The position numbers were made by a program, and so were the translations under genes. Positions 1 to 10,445 of a DNA stretch of 47,052 bases are shown piece by piece. The notes below the pieces were generated by a model, which was not told where the DNA came from, searched no databases, and saw only the letters and a list, made by a program, of their open reading frames with translations. How positions within the stretch are numbered: position 1 is the stretch's first letter; the number at the start of each line of letters is the position of its first letter. The stretch spans positions 1-47,052 of the IMG/VR virus record IMGVR_UViG_3300032312_000611; one strand, written 5' to 3'. The DNA is from a virus (Duplodnaviria > Caudoviricetes).

Positions 1-3000
1 TCTTACAGAAAAGAAAATGGAATAGAACGTGGTATTGCAAAAAATATTTTAAATGGATCTTATTATATTGATGATGCCGCACCATTTGTGGTTTATAAAG
101 AACAAGTGCCAACAAATAGAATTGTAGTTAAAATGCAAACAAATGTTGGCAACGTAAACTTACAAGATTTTGTTAATTTTTCTTCAATAAATGCAGATCC
201 GTTTTTTGGAGAATCAAATAAAACTACTCCCAAAAGATGGAAAATTCAATGTTTAAAAAATAATAATTGGGTAGACGCATATTCATTTAATGAAAATTCT
301 ACAAAAGCAGATGGCAGTCCTATAATTGGGCCAGATGGTTACGTAGAACTGGAATATGGGTTAGTAGTTCCAGATAAATATGCCGATATTTTTGTTTTTG
401 CAGATATATATCCTTCAACTACGCTTCTTCCTGAATCTTCGATAAATGGATATGCTTATCTTGTTTTAGAAACAAATGACAGCATAGGAACATATTACAT
501 TTGGAATGGTATAGATCAGGCCTACGAAACATTTACTCCTACTTATGGGTGGACTGTTGGATCTGAATCAATTACTTCAAGAACTAACTTTGTATACACT
601 TTAGTGTCACCACAATTTTTTACAGATCCAATAAATGGAGAATCTAAATCTAGAGAGTTTACCTACATTCGTGGCATTAGAATTGTTGCAGAAATAATGA
701 ATAAAAAAGATTCAACTTTTGATTTAATTGAAATGTCTCCGAGACTAGTTGTTGATGTATCTGATAATATTATAGATTACAATATAAAAAAATCTCTTTC
801 AGATCTTGGAAACACCGCCTTGCCAGTTGGACAACTTTTAGCATCTACAGGATCTCTTTCTCTTTTTGATTCAGAACAAGCATTTAATCCAATTAATACA
901 GATAGTATTATTAAAAATTATTTAAGAAAAAATATTAAATTTATTTTTTATGAAAAAATTCTTAATGTAGAAAATTATGATTATTGTGTACCTATAAAAA
1001 CTTTGTATTCAGAAGGTATGCCACAGGCTGATGTAACTGGAGGTATTTTATCTTTAGAACTAAGAGATTTTTATTTCTTTTTAGAATCCATGCCAGCACC
1101 AAGAATGCTTGTTACAAATGTATCACTTAGTTATGCTATTTGTTTATTATTAGATTATATTGGCTTTGTTAACTATTCTTTTAAAAGAGTTGACAATGAA
1201 CAAGATCCTATAATTCCTTATCTATTCATAGCACCAGATCAAAATGTTGCTGAAGTTTTAAACCAACTTGCAGTAGCAACACAAACATCAATGTTTTTTG
1301 ATGAATATAATAATTTTATTGTAATGAGCAAAGACTATTTAATGCCAACACAACTTCAAAGAAATACAGATATGCAGTTGCTTGGAAACAGCAATCAGTC
1401 AGTTTCTGGCATTATTGAAAATCAAACAACCTCAAGCATACCAAACATTATTGCAATAAACAGTGAAGATAAAAAAGTATTTAATGATGGCAAAATAAAT
1501 TATACAACAAGATACATTCAAAAAACTTATGGATCTGTTAACCAAGCAAACGTTCTTGACCAAGACAAGACTTGGATCTATAAACCAACTTTGCTTTGGG
1601 AAATCTCTGCAACTAATGCAACAAAAACAATTAATGAGTCTATTACTTCAAAAACAGAAAATTATATTTTATCAGCAATGCCATTAAACTCAGATTTATC
1701 TAGCGAATTACCAACTGTTTTAAATAATTCAATTATTAATAACACAATTGATATTGGAGAAAACGTATATTATTTAACAAGAAATCAAGGATATTTTTAT
1801 TCAAACGGAGAAATTATAAGATATGATGCTGTACAGTACAGTGTTACTGGAGTTGGAAATGTATATATTTCTAACAATCAAGAATATCAAAAATATTTTG
1901 CAGCCCTTCCTTTTAACGGTAAAATATATCCAACGGGTCTTATTCGTATTTTTTCAACACCATACTACGAGTCAATTGATTCTTTAACAAGGTTGCAAGC
2001 AGGAGAGGTTTACGAACATGGTCGTGGTCAATTTGGAACTCAAGTAACTTCTCATTTTGCAGGAATAAATAATTATTGGTCTGATAATGAATATGTTCGT
2101 GGAATAGATATGCAGTCTCAATACTTATTTACAACAGAGACTAATCCTACAATGCCAGCAACATCTGTTGGTCCTGCGGGAATTAATAACAACTTGTCAA
2201 AACAAACATCTAGAAATGGAATTATTAAAAATTTAAACGCTACAAATTTTTTAACAGAAACAGAAGTAAATAAGTTGTCATCAACTCAGGCTGGAGTTGT
2301 TCAGGCTTCTGCTTTAATTATTGATGGACCATCATTTAAAACCACGGAAAAACCTATTAACTTTGTTTCCTATGTTTATAAAAAATTAGACAGTGCTTTT
2401 AAAGTATTTGGAACTAGAATTAGAGTAGTTGGCAAAATAGAAAATAATGAGATAAGGGGGCAAACCCCAATTGGCAGCATGCCTTATTATCAACTTGGTG
2501 CAACACAGCCAAATCAAAGCATTAGCATTGGTGGAGGTTCTGGAGGTATGGGTGTTTTAGTTAACCCTGAAACAAACAATGGATATTATTTTGAGATTAT
2601 TGCATTAACAGAAAATAACATTGAATCATATTTAAATTTAAATGAAAAAGGCCAATCAAACATTTCTATTAACAATGTTGTATTTTATAAAATTAAAAAA
2701 GAAACTGCATCAGACAAAGCAATTCCAATTAAACTGTATGGCGGACTAACCCAAATAAATGTTGATAGCGGAAATTTTGCGGGGTATCAAAGAGCATCAG
2801 CAGAAGAAGACACAACAGTCTACGACTTAACAGTAGAGTATCAAGACATTGGTAACACTAGAAGGTTTTTCCTATATATTAATAATCAATTAATTCAAGT
2901 TGTTGACGACGTTGATCCACTTCCAATATATAACAATATGGCATTATTCTCCCGTGGATCTTCAAGATGCATGTTTGAACACGTTTATGCTTTATCTGGA

Positions 3001-3849
3001 AACTATGCTGAAGGTTTTGACTCTTCTGTAACAGAAACATTATCTAGCGCATTTAAGAATAAAGAAGTAAGCACTAATGAATCATTTAGAAAATATGCAA
3101 TGAGTGGGGTTGTTCAATCAACCTATCTATCTGGAATAAGTGCACAGCAACCACCAAAATACAACATATACTTTGAGGAGTTTGGATCTATAATGCGAGA
3201 GTGTGCCTATTTTAATATTAGATATGATCGTGCATACCCAGCCCTATACTCTAAGTTAGCGCCACCAATTAATAAAAATCTTGCATACACGGTTTCTGGG
3301 TTTTATTCAGACTCATATGGTGCTGAGTTTTTAGTATTTAATTCAACAGATAACTTTTTAGTATTAGATGAAACAGGTGTAAATCCTTTAAGAATTCAAG
3401 GAATTGCTTTTACGCAAAATACAACCCATGAATTAACAGTAGACGAATACTTTAAGAAAAAAGGAAATCTTTCAAATCCACCGTTCAAAGGAAATACATT
3501 AACCTATTCCCCATTAGTTCAAAAAAACAAATATGATGAAATTAAGTTAAGTAGGTTAATTTATGGTAAAAATGAATTTTCTATAAGCACTGACTATATT
3601 CAAACACAAGATGACGCAGAAGCCTTAATGGGATGGATTGTTAGTAAAATTATGAATCCTAAAAAATCAATTGGAGTAAAAGTTTTTGCTACTCCTACAA
3701 TTCAATTAGGAGATATTTTAACAATCAATTATAAAAATGGCGACTTAGATCTAGTTGCTTTACCAACCGATAGGTTTGTAGTATATAATATAGAGTATTC
3801 AAGAACTGTAGATGGTCCAGATATGACTATTTATTTGAGCGAGGTGTAG
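1..3849 (+). CDS. Large virion structural protein, probably tail/baseplate (5' partial)
   Basis: Frame 1 is open from base 1 to TAG at 3847-3849 (>1280 aa). N/S/T/Y-rich. The C-terminus (TPTIQLGDILTINY...FVVYNIEYSR) resembles tail hub protein ends. First of a tightly packed run of genes. Confidence 0.65.
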   Translation, partial: SYRKENGIERGIAKNILNGSYYIDDAAPFVVYKEQVPTNRIVVKMQTNVGNVNLQDFVNFSSINADPFFGESNKTTPKRWKIQCLKNNNWVDAYSFNENSTKADGSPIIGPDGYVELEYGLVVPDKYADIFVFADIYPSTTLLPESSINGYAYLVLETNDSIGTYYIWNGIDQAYETFTPTYGWTVGSESITSRTNFVYTLVSPQFFTDPINGESKSREFTYIRGIRIVAEIMNKKDSTFDLIEMSPRLVVDVSDNIIDYNIKKSLSDLGNTALPVGQLLASTGSLSLFDSEQAFNPINTDSIIKNYLRKNIKFIFYEKILNVENYDYCVPIKTLYSEGMPQADVTGGILSLELRDFYFFLESMPAPRMLVTNVSLSYAICLLLDYIGFVNYSFKRVDNEQDPIIPYLFIAPDQNVAEVLNQLAVATQTSMFFDEYNNFIVMSKDYLMPTQLQRNTDMQLLGNSNQSVSGIIENQTTSSIPNIIAINSEDKKVFNDGKINYTTRYIQKTYGSVNQANVLDQDKTWIYKPTLLWEISATNATKTINESITSKTENYILSAMPLNSDLSSELPTVLNNSIINNTIDIGENVYYLTRNQGYFYSNGEIIRYDAVQYSVTGVGNVYISNNQEYQKYFAALPFNGKIYPTGLIRIFSTPYYESIDSLTRLQAGEVYEHGRGQFGTQVTSHFAGINNYWSDNEYVRGIDMQSQYLFTTETNPTMPATSVGPAGINNNLSKQTSRNGIIKNLNATNFLTETEVNKLSSTQAGVVQASALIIDGPSFKTTEKPINFVSYVYKKLDSAFKVFGTRIRVVGKIENNEIRGQTPIGSMPYYQLGATQPNQSISIGGGSGGMGVLVNPETNNGYYFEIIALTENNIESYLNLNEKGQSNISINNVVFYKIKKETASDKAIPIKLYGGLTQINVDSGNFAGYQRASAEEDTTVYDLTVEYQDIGNTRRFFLYINNQLIQVVDDVDPLPIYNNMALFSRGSSRCMFEHVYALSGNYAEGFDSSVTETLSSAFKNKEVSTNESFRKYAMSGVVQSTYLSGISAQQPPKYNIYFEEFGSIMRECAYFNIRYDRAYPALYSKLAPPINKNLAYTVSGFYSDSYGAEFLVFNSTDNFLVLDETGVNPLRIQGIAFTQNTTHELTVDEYFKKKGNLSNPPFKGNTLTYSPLVQKNKYDEIKLSRLIYGKNEFSISTDYIQTQDDAEALMGWIVSKIMNPKKSIGVKVFATPTIQLGDILTINYKNGDLDLVALPTDRFVVYNIEYSRTVDGPDMTIYLSEV

Positions 3850-3850
3850 A

Positions 3851-4360
3851 ATGTCAATTAGTTTATCTGCAACACCGCAGACCCCTATAACTTTAAACCA
3901 AATACTATCAACTTCAAATGTTAGTCAAATAAAGGCAGCCACACCAGATATTATTTTATTTGAAGATGACAGCGTTTTAATAAATGAAATGGCAACTTTA
4001 TATTTTGAAGACCTTGCTGCTCAAGAATTAGTAAGCATATCAAGAAATGACACAATTAATGGACAAGACATATCTTATGAAGTAATAAAAAATATTAAAT
4101 CGTTACAACAATCCTATAATCCTAATAATATTCTAGGCTTACAAAAAACATCGGATCAATATTTTTCTGGATTTTCTATTAGTTTTGATCAAAAAGTTCC
4201 AAATGTCGGTAATGGTTTAAATGAAGCAAATGTCTACGTTGACGATCAAGGTAATTTAGTTATAGAAACAATAAATTTAAACAGTGATGAACAAATTGAG
4301 GTTGAATTAAGCACAGGTGGTACAATATATATTGTGCAATTTGATGGGAATGAATCATGA
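3851..4360 (+). CDS. Hypothetical protein, probable virion/tail component
   Basis: 169-aa acidic ORF coupled to its neighbours. Confidence 0.5.
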   Translation: MSISLSATPQTPITLNQILSTSNVSQIKAATPDIILFEDDSVLINEMATLYFEDLAAQELVSISRNDTINGQDISYEVIKNIKSLQQSYNPNNILGLQKTSDQYFSGFSISFDQKVPNVGNGLNEANVYVDDQGNLVIETINLNSDEQIEVELSTGGTIYIVQFDGNES

Positions 4361-5520
4361 TAACCAACATTGGGAAAAAGATTATTGGCAAGTATTTGAT
4401 TGGTCAGGCTCCAGCCTATGCATCATACATTGCAATTGGCTGCGGCCCAACACCATTAAACACTAACGATGTAACTGAAGATTTGTCTGATAAAAAATCT
4501 TTAGATTTTGAAATGTTTCGTGTTCCAATTTCTTCTAGAGGATTTGTAAACGAAAACGGTATAGATAAAATTGTTTTTACCGCAGAATTACCAACAGAAG
4601 AAAGATACGAAATATCAGAAATAGGTTTATATTCTGCTGGAGCCAATCCATCTGCTGGAGTTTATGATAGTAAAACAATTTTTGCATTTACAACAACAGA
4701 AAACTGGCAATATGCTACAACTGCTGCAACAACATCAATTCAATCTTTTGTTACACCACTTGATACAGCAGGTGATAATGTTATTTCTGTTGCAAATCCA
4801 GTGTTTTCAACAAATGCCGATAACACTATTTTTTTTAACCCATCTCGTTCTTCTAAATATGAGCGCTGTAGATTTTTAAATAATATTATTTGTATGCAAG
4901 GAGACACTTCAGATCTTACTTTAAGTGAGGATAGCGGTCCAACTCTTGATCATTTTGTAATTGAAAATGGATCTAGTCATATAAGGCTAACTGGTGCCAA
5001 CATTGATTTATCAAAAAATTCTCCAAAAGATGAATTAAAACTAGCATTTTCTTTAATAAATAAAGATGGAAACTCAGCATCAATACCTGAAACAATTAGA
5101 GTTTTAGTTGAGTTTTCTTCTCCCGATGGAACACAGTATGCTAGATTTGAGGCAGAAGTAAACCAAGGAAGTTCTGGAAATTTAGAAAATTCAATTGCAG
5201 ATTTTCAAACTAATAGATATTTTGTAATATCAAAAGAGTTGCAAGATTTATACAAAACAGAAAATTTTAGTTGGGAAGTAGCAACTGTAGTAAAAATTTA
5301 TGCTTGTATTATTACAGATGAAAGTGGACAATTTAATGTCCCTTCCGATCATTACTATATTGCATTAGATGCTTTAAGATTAGAAAACACTCAAACAGTT
5401 AATCCACTTTATGGACTAACAGGATATTCTATTGTAAAAAATCAAGACGAAGAAACTGTTATAAAGTCTCCTAATACTAGTAATTATGTTGAGTTTAGAT
5501 TTTCTGTTGGTGTGTCATAA
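4357..5520 (+). CDS. Probable tail/baseplate protein
   Basis: N-terminus MITNIGKKII...YIAIGCG...ISEIGLYS resembles tail-collar/baseplate N-terminal domains; ATGA overlap with the upstream gene. Confidence 0.55.
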   Translation: MITNIGKKIIGKYLIGQAPAYASYIAIGCGPTPLNTNDVTEDLSDKKSLDFEMFRVPISSRGFVNENGIDKIVFTAELPTEERYEISEIGLYSAGANPSAGVYDSKTIFAFTTTENWQYATTAATTSIQSFVTPLDTAGDNVISVANPVFSTNADNTIFFNPSRSSKYERCRFLNNIICMQGDTSDLTLSEDSGPTLDHFVIENGSSHIRLTGANIDLSKNSPKDELKLAFSLINKDGNSASIPETIRVLVEFSSPDGTQYARFEAEVNQGSSGNLENSIADFQTNRYFVISKELQDLYKTENFSWEVATVVKIYACIITDESGQFNVPSDHYYIALDALRLENTQTVNPLYGLTGYSIVKNQDEETVIKSPNTSNYVEFRFSVGVS

Positions 5521-5942
5521 TGGCTGATCCAGGAATTAAAAAATTAACTATTCCAAAAAATCAATTGCCACCAGTAAGTGACAATAATCAATATATTTTA
5601 AGATATAGGATTGTCTCGGATGACAAAAACAGAGCCTCTCATTATTCTACTATTTTTTTAGCCACGGCCAATGAAATTCAGCCTGTAAGCGGAAACCTTT
5701 CAATTAGCGGAAATAGTTTAGTTGCAGTCTGGGGTGATGAAAACAATAGACCTAAATATGATATTTTTGTAAAATTTGACAATGGAACATATCAATATCA
5801 CGGAACATCTCCAATACACACATATGGATTTCTTAAAACTGGTACAATAAATGTTAGAGTTGCCGTACAGGTTGAAGGAATTAACAAGAAAAGAAATGCT
5901 GAATTAACTATATTTGAATCAAATTTAGTTTCCTTGGTATAA
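5520..5942 (+). CDS. Hypothetical protein, probable minor tail protein
   Basis: 140 aa, beta-rich; TAATG coupling. Confidence 0.45.
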   Translation: MADPGIKKLTIPKNQLPPVSDNNQYILRYRIVSDDKNRASHYSTIFLATANEIQPVSGNLSISGNSLVAVWGDENNRPKYDIFVKFDNGTYQYHGTSPIHTYGFLKTGTINVRVAVQVEGINKKRNAELTIFESNLVSLV

Positions 5943-5943
5943 T
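5935..5943 (+). promoter_or_regulatory. Extended -10 promoter
   Basis: TGGTATAAT followed by AGGAGG RBS and ATG 5959. Confidence 0.6.
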
Positions 5944-5958
5944 TAAACAGGAGGATAC

Positions 5959-6402
5959 ATGTCAAAAATACCATTACCAGAACGTGGGCAACCACTAGAT
6001 GTCACATATATATATGAATTAGCCAAGGCAGTAAATGACTTGTCTACACAGATCTCTTCTGCAAGTTATAATTTTACAACTATTGATAACGGATCTTCCA
6101 ATAAAGAAACAATAAAAACATCAAATGCAAAAATAATAGGAGCATACATTCCAATCTTTTCAAATAGTACAGTTAGCGCAGGTAATGAAAAGGCCTTTAC
6201 TTATTCGTTTCAAAGTGAGTTCAAGTTTCCTCCAATAGTTACAGCAACAGCAAAAAACATTACTGGAGAAGCAGCAGGACAAAATGTTACAGTTGTTTTA
6301 CGAGATATAACAACATCTAAAGTTGATGGCTTTGTTAGGTTTAATGCTTCTGGTAATTTGTCTTTGGCCGTAAACCTAATTGCTGTTGGACTTCCAAACT
6401 AA
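5959..6402 (+). CDS. Tail-associated protein with H-type-lectin-like C-terminal domain
   Basis: Pattern FTYSFQSEFKFPPIVTAT...LAVNLIAVG; strong RBS. Confidence 0.5.
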   Translation: MSKIPLPERGQPLDVTYIYELAKAVNDLSTQISSASYNFTTIDNGSSNKETIKTSNAKIIGAYIPIFSNSTVSAGNEKAFTYSFQSEFKFPPIVTATAKNITGEAAGQNVTVVLRDITTSKVDGFVRFNASGNLSLAVNLIAVGLPN

Positions 6403-6415
6403 AAATAATTATTAT

Positions 6416-6607
6416 ATGATTTTTTGTAAAAAATGTTCTGGAAGACTGTTTGTTGATAGACAATACACAAGTTCTCAACATTTAGAAACCTATTGCATTA
6501 GATGTGGAACTAGAAACTTTTATCATCCACCTCAACAAAGCGAGGAGGGAAGATGGCTACTAGAAAAGGAATCATTGAGAGCCAAACTTACAATAACGAG
6601 TCTATAA
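6416..6607 (+). CDS. Small zinc-ribbon protein
   Basis: CKKC...CIRC; ATG 6416 preferred over the upstream TTG. Confidence 0.65.
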   Translation: MIFCKKCSGRLFVDRQYTSSQHLETYCIRCGTRNFYHPPQQSEEGRWLLEKESLRAKLTITSL

Positions 6608-7095
6608 TAAAGGGAAGTAAAAAAATTTGGTTTCTTAATGGAGACCTTGTAAGGCTGTATCATAGTTCAAGGTCCACTGGTTTAGTTTCAGTATATAACA
6701 TTAACAAAGATAGAATTGAAACTTGTCTTCGTATTGACTTTAGAAAAAAAAGAGAAAAGGCATACACGATTGCTGAAACTGCTATACTAATTAATCGTCA
6801 TAGGAAGTATATTCCAAGTTTAATAAAACGAGGAGTCATTCCACCTCCAGTCGGATCTAGCATTAATGGTAAGACTGGTTGGCAAATAAGATCTTACTAT
6901 TCAGAAAGCGCAGTAAAGGTAATTCGTGATATACTGGCATCTATACATATTGGGCAACCAAGAAAAGATGGTTTAGTAACAAATAACATGACTCCAACAA
7001 ATCAGGAGTTGACACGACGAATGGGTGAGGGTATACTTACATATACAAAGACAGATGACGGAAGGTATATTCCTATCTGGTCAGAAAATATTTAA
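6553..7095 (+). CDS. HTH DNA-binding protein (MerR/excisionase-like HTH)
   Basis: YTIAETAILINRHRKYIPSLIKRGVIP; GAGGAGG RBS. Confidence 0.6.
   Translation: MATRKGIIESQTYNNESIIKGSKKIWFLNGDLVRLYHSSRSTGLVSVYNINKDRIETCLRIDFRKKREKAYTIAETAILINRHRKYIPSLIKRGVIPPPVGSSINGKTGWQIRSYYSESAVKVIRDILASIHIGQPRKDGLVTNNMTPTNQELTRRMGEGILTYTKTDDGRYIPIWSENI
7009..7037 (+). promoter_or_regulatory. Sigma70/SigA-type promoter upstream of the replication genes
   Basis: TTGACA-N17-TATACT inside the 3' end of the HTH gene. Confidence 0.7.
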
Positions 7096-7112
7096 AAGAA
7101 AAGGTGGGGATA

Positions 7113-7325
7113 ATGGAAAACGAAAATACAAAAATATCAGTAACACTTGGATATACGTTAAACCTTGGAAACTTTCAATCATTAAGACTTGATCTTGGTG
7201 TTGTAGATTCTAAGCGTGATGGTGAAAACTCAGATCAGGCTTTTGACAGAGTTTATAAGTTTGTAGAAGACAAACTAACAGAAAAAATTAAAGAAGCACA
7301 ATCAGAGGCTGACGGCACAGATTAA
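7113..7325 (+). CDS. Hypothetical protein
   Basis: 70 aa, ISVTLGYTLNLGNFQSLRLDLG; RBS AAGGTGGGG. Confidence 0.65.
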   Translation: MENENTKISVTLGYTLNLGNFQSLRLDLGVVDSKRDGENSDQAFDRVYKFVEDKLTEKIKEAQSEADGTD

Positions 7326-7633
7326 TGGCTGAACGCAAAGACCGTATGGCTTTGCTCAGCAGATATAGTAAATTGCACACAGCAAGATACCAGCAAAAGC
7401 CATCTTTAAATTTAAACGTAGAGCAGTGGTCTTCCGATGCCCTAGTAGAATCTTATGGTATTTCAGAGTGCTACGATTTACTTGATTATTATTTTAGTAT
7501 CGCAGAAGAACCTAGTTGGAATCATTTTGCATATAATGCAGAAAAAATTATTAGTGGTAAGATAGAAACAAAGAAAGATATTGAAGAAAGATTAGAACGC
7601 AGGAAATTAGCAAGAAGGTGGCTTAGTGAATAA
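7325..7633 (+). CDS. Hypothetical protein (possible helicase partner, by position only)
   Basis: 102 aa, coupled to the helicase gene. Confidence 0.6.
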   Translation: MAERKDRMALLSRYSKLHTARYQQKPSLNLNVEQWSSDALVESYGISECYDLLDYYFSIAEEPSWNHFAYNAEKIISGKIETKKDIEERLERRKLARRWLSE

Positions 7634-8849
7634 TACAGAAGCAAAAGTTATATCAGCACTATTGCAAGATAAACAAATGCACGTTTTGTTGCAAGCAAAT
7701 GTAGAAAATCTTCTTAGAACCCATAGCGATGTTTGGAATTTTATTCGTTTGTATTTTGATAACAACAGCGTAGTTCCACCCACTTCTTTAGTAGTAGAAA
7801 AGTTTAGAGATTTTCAACCAATAGAAAATATTGGTGCTACTAAACATCATCTTGAAGAATTGCAAACAGAGTATTTAAACGATAGCCTAAAAGACATCTT
7901 AAGGTCTGCTGCAGGTGAGGTTCAAATTGGAAATGGCACTGAAGCACTTAATGGACTTATTACAAAAACTTCTGAGTTAAAAAAGAACACATCCGCTATT
8001 CGTGATATTGATGCAACCGATTTAGATTCTGCTGTTGCATATTTTGAAAAGATTCAGGCTCAAAAAGAAACTGGTCAAGTCGGAATTAAAACAGGATTGC
8101 CAGGTTTTGACAACTACCTACCATCTGGAATAATGCCAGGACAACTTGGTGTGTTTCTTGCTTATCCTGGAATTGGTAAGTCATGGCTTGCACTTTATTT
8201 TGCAGTTCAAGCATGGAAGCAAGGTAAATCTCCCCTAGTAATATCCCTTGAAATGTCTGAAACAGAGGTTCGTAATCGTGTATTTGCTATTATGGGTGAG
8301 GGAATTTGGTCTCATCGCAAACTTAGTAATGGTGAAGTAGAACTTGATATGCTTAAGACTTGGCATGCTAATAAAATTGCAGGTAAGCCAGAGTTTCACA
8401 TTATTTCAAATGACAATGGTGGAGAAGTAAACCCATCCGTTGTGCGTGGAAAGATTGATCAATACAAACCAGATTTTGTTATTGTGGATTATTTACAACT
8501 TATGTCACCTAATCAAAAATCTGAAAATGAAACGGTACGCATGAAAAACCTTTCAAGAGAACTTAAACTTATGGCTATTAGCGAAGAAGTTCCAATTATG
8601 GCTATTTCATCTGCTACTCCTGATGATGTAAAAGATTTAAGTAGTGCTCCTACTCTTGGTCAAACTGCCTGGTCTAGACAAATTGCATATGATGCTGACT
8701 GGGTTATGGCTCTTGGTCGTGCTACTAATAGTGATATTATTGAATGCGTATTTAGAAAAAACAGAAATGGTTTTATGGGAGATTTTTTAGTGCAGGTAGA
8801 CTTTGATAGAGGTTATTATAGATACAAGGACTACGAAGATGGTAAATAG
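7626..8849 (+). CDS. dnaB: DnaB-like replicative helicase
   Basis: Walker A AYPGIGKS, ISLEMS, Walker B VIVDYLQLM, DAD, KNRNG. Confidence 0.93.
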   Translation: MNNTEAKVISALLQDKQMHVLLQANVENLLRTHSDVWNFIRLYFDNNSVVPPTSLVVEKFRDFQPIENIGATKHHLEELQTEYLNDSLKDILRSAAGEVQIGNGTEALNGLITKTSELKKNTSAIRDIDATDLDSAVAYFEKIQAQKETGQVGIKTGLPGFDNYLPSGIMPGQLGVFLAYPGIGKSWLALYFAVQAWKQGKSPLVISLEMSETEVRNRVFAIMGEGIWSHRKLSNGEVELDMLKTWHANKIAGKPEFHIISNDNGGEVNPSVVRGKIDQYKPDFVIVDYLQLMSPNQKSENETVRMKNLSRELKLMAISEEVPIMAISSATPDDVKDLSSAPTLGQTAWSRQIAYDADWVMALGRATNSDIIECVFRKNRNGFMGDFLVQVDFDRGYYRYKDYEDGK

Positions 8850-9762
8850 TTTTTACAGTAAAGAACAAATACAAAGAGTTCTTGGTGGCGCAGGTATTGA
8901 TATAGAAGCAGAGTTTGGTAATGATTTTATTATTTATTGCCCATATCATAATAACACTAGAACTCCCGCTGCTGAAGTTGCAAAAGATAGTGGATTGTTT
9001 TTTTGCTTTGGATGTCAAACAACTAAAAATCTTGAAGAATTTGTAATGTTTGTAACTGGTAGAACTTATTTTGAAGCAGCACGGTATATAAAAAGCAAAC
9101 AAACAGAAACCAACATTGAAAGTGTAATTAATAAAGCAATGTATGCTCCGCCAGATTTTGTCCAATATGATGAAATATTAATCAAAAGATTAAATAATCA
9201 GGCCCTTGAATCACCAAGAGCAATGAGATATTATGCTGGAAGATATATAACAGAAGATTCAGTAAAAAAGTTTGGACTTGGATATTCAGAAAAACAAGAT
9301 ATGTTGACTATACCAGTTCACTCTCCAGATGGGCTAACACTTGGCTTTGTTGGTAGATCCGTAGAAGGTAAAGAGTTTAAGAATACTCCAGGACTTCCAA
9401 AAGGTAAAATATTATTTAACTTACACAGAATTAAAGCATCTAGCACTGTGTATGTGGTTGAATCATCTTTTGATGCTATAAGGTTAGACCAAGTAGGATT
9501 CCCAGCAGTTGCAACACTGGGGGCTAATGTATCTGCATCGCAGATTAAACTATTAGCAAAGTACTTCAATAACGTTGTACTTGTTGCAGACAATGATGAG
9601 GCTGGCACAATAATGAAAGATAAGTTAATTGAAAAACTTGGATCATTAGTCACCGTAATCAACATAGATAAAAAATATAAAGACATAGGCGACATGGATG
9701 ATGAGGCAATCAGAAACATTAAGTTTCAGTTTGACAAATCCATAGCCTCTATGCTAAACTAA
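8839..9762 (+). CDS. dnaG: DNA primase (CHC2 zinc finger + TOPRIM)
   Basis: CPYH...CFGC; VVESSFDA; ADNDEAG; KDIGD. Confidence 0.9.
   Translation: MVNSFYSKEQIQRVLGGAGIDIEAEFGNDFIIYCPYHNNTRTPAAEVAKDSGLFFCFGCQTTKNLEEFVMFVTGRTYFEAARYIKSKQTETNIESVINKAMYAPPDFVQYDEILIKRLNNQALESPRAMRYYAGRYITEDSVKKFGLGYSEKQDMLTIPVHSPDGLTLGFVGRSVEGKEFKNTPGLPKGKILFNLHRIKASSTVYVVESSFDAIRLDQVGFPAVATLGANVSASQIKLLAKYFNNVVLVADNDEAGTIMKDKLIEKLGSLVTVINIDKKYKDIGDMDDEAIRNIKFQFDKSIASMLN
9731..9760 (+). promoter_or_regulatory. Promoter upstream of SSB/DnaE
   Basis: TTGACA-N18-TAAACT with TG extension; AAGGAG RBS follows. Confidence 0.6.
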
Positions 9763-9785
9763 TATAACAAATCGAAGGAGAATAT

Positions 9786-10442
9786 ATGAGCGTAATAAAG
9801 GGACTCAAGAATATAAATGCCCTGCTCGACAAGCCAAAATATGATGAAAACTCACCAAAGGTAAGATGGCTTAAACTTGCCGATGGTCAAGCAGCAAAAA
9901 TTCGTTTCATTGAAGAACTAGATGAGGACTCTGCAAACTACAGTGCAGATCGTGGCCTTGCTTTAGTTGTCAAAGAACATACAAATCCAAAAGACTACAA
10001 GCGCAAGGCTGTAGATACAATGGAATCAGAAGGTCGTGACTGGGCAGAAGAAATGCATCGTAAGGATCCAAAGGCTGGCTGGAGAGCACGTCTTCGTTTC
10101 TATTGCAATGTTCTAGTAGACGATGGCATTGAAGCACCATATGTGGCTATTTGGTCAATGGGTGTTAGCAAGCAATCAGCATTTAATACAATTCGTGAGT
10201 ATGCACTTGAAACAGGTAGCATCTCAAACGTAGTCTGGAAAGTAAAACGAAATGGTCAGGGTACTGAAACAAGTTATACAACCATTCCTAGCGCACCAGA
10301 TACAGAACCATTTAAGTGGGCAGATATAAAGCCTTATCCTCTTGAGTTAGCATTAAAGAAAATTCCTTATGCTGAACAAGAAGCATTCTATCTTGGGTTT
10401 GATGGCCCAACAACTTCATCTGCTACCAACGTAGACTGGTAA
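9786..10442 (+). CDS. Single-stranded DNA-binding protein (phage gp32-like)
   Basis: WLKLADGQAAKIRF, KVKRNGQGTETSY; lies between primase and polymerase; acidic/aromatic C-terminus. Confidence 0.7.
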   Translation: MSVIKGLKNINALLDKPKYDENSPKVRWLKLADGQAAKIRFIEELDEDSANYSADRGLALVVKEHTNPKDYKRKAVDTMESEGRDWAEEMHRKDPKAGWRARLRFYCNVLVDDGIEAPYVAIWSMGVSKQSAFNTIREYALETGSISNVVWKVKRNGQGTETSYTTIPSAPDTEPFKWADIKPYPLELALKKIPYAEQEAFYLGFDGPTTSSATNVDW

Positions 10443-10445
10443 TAG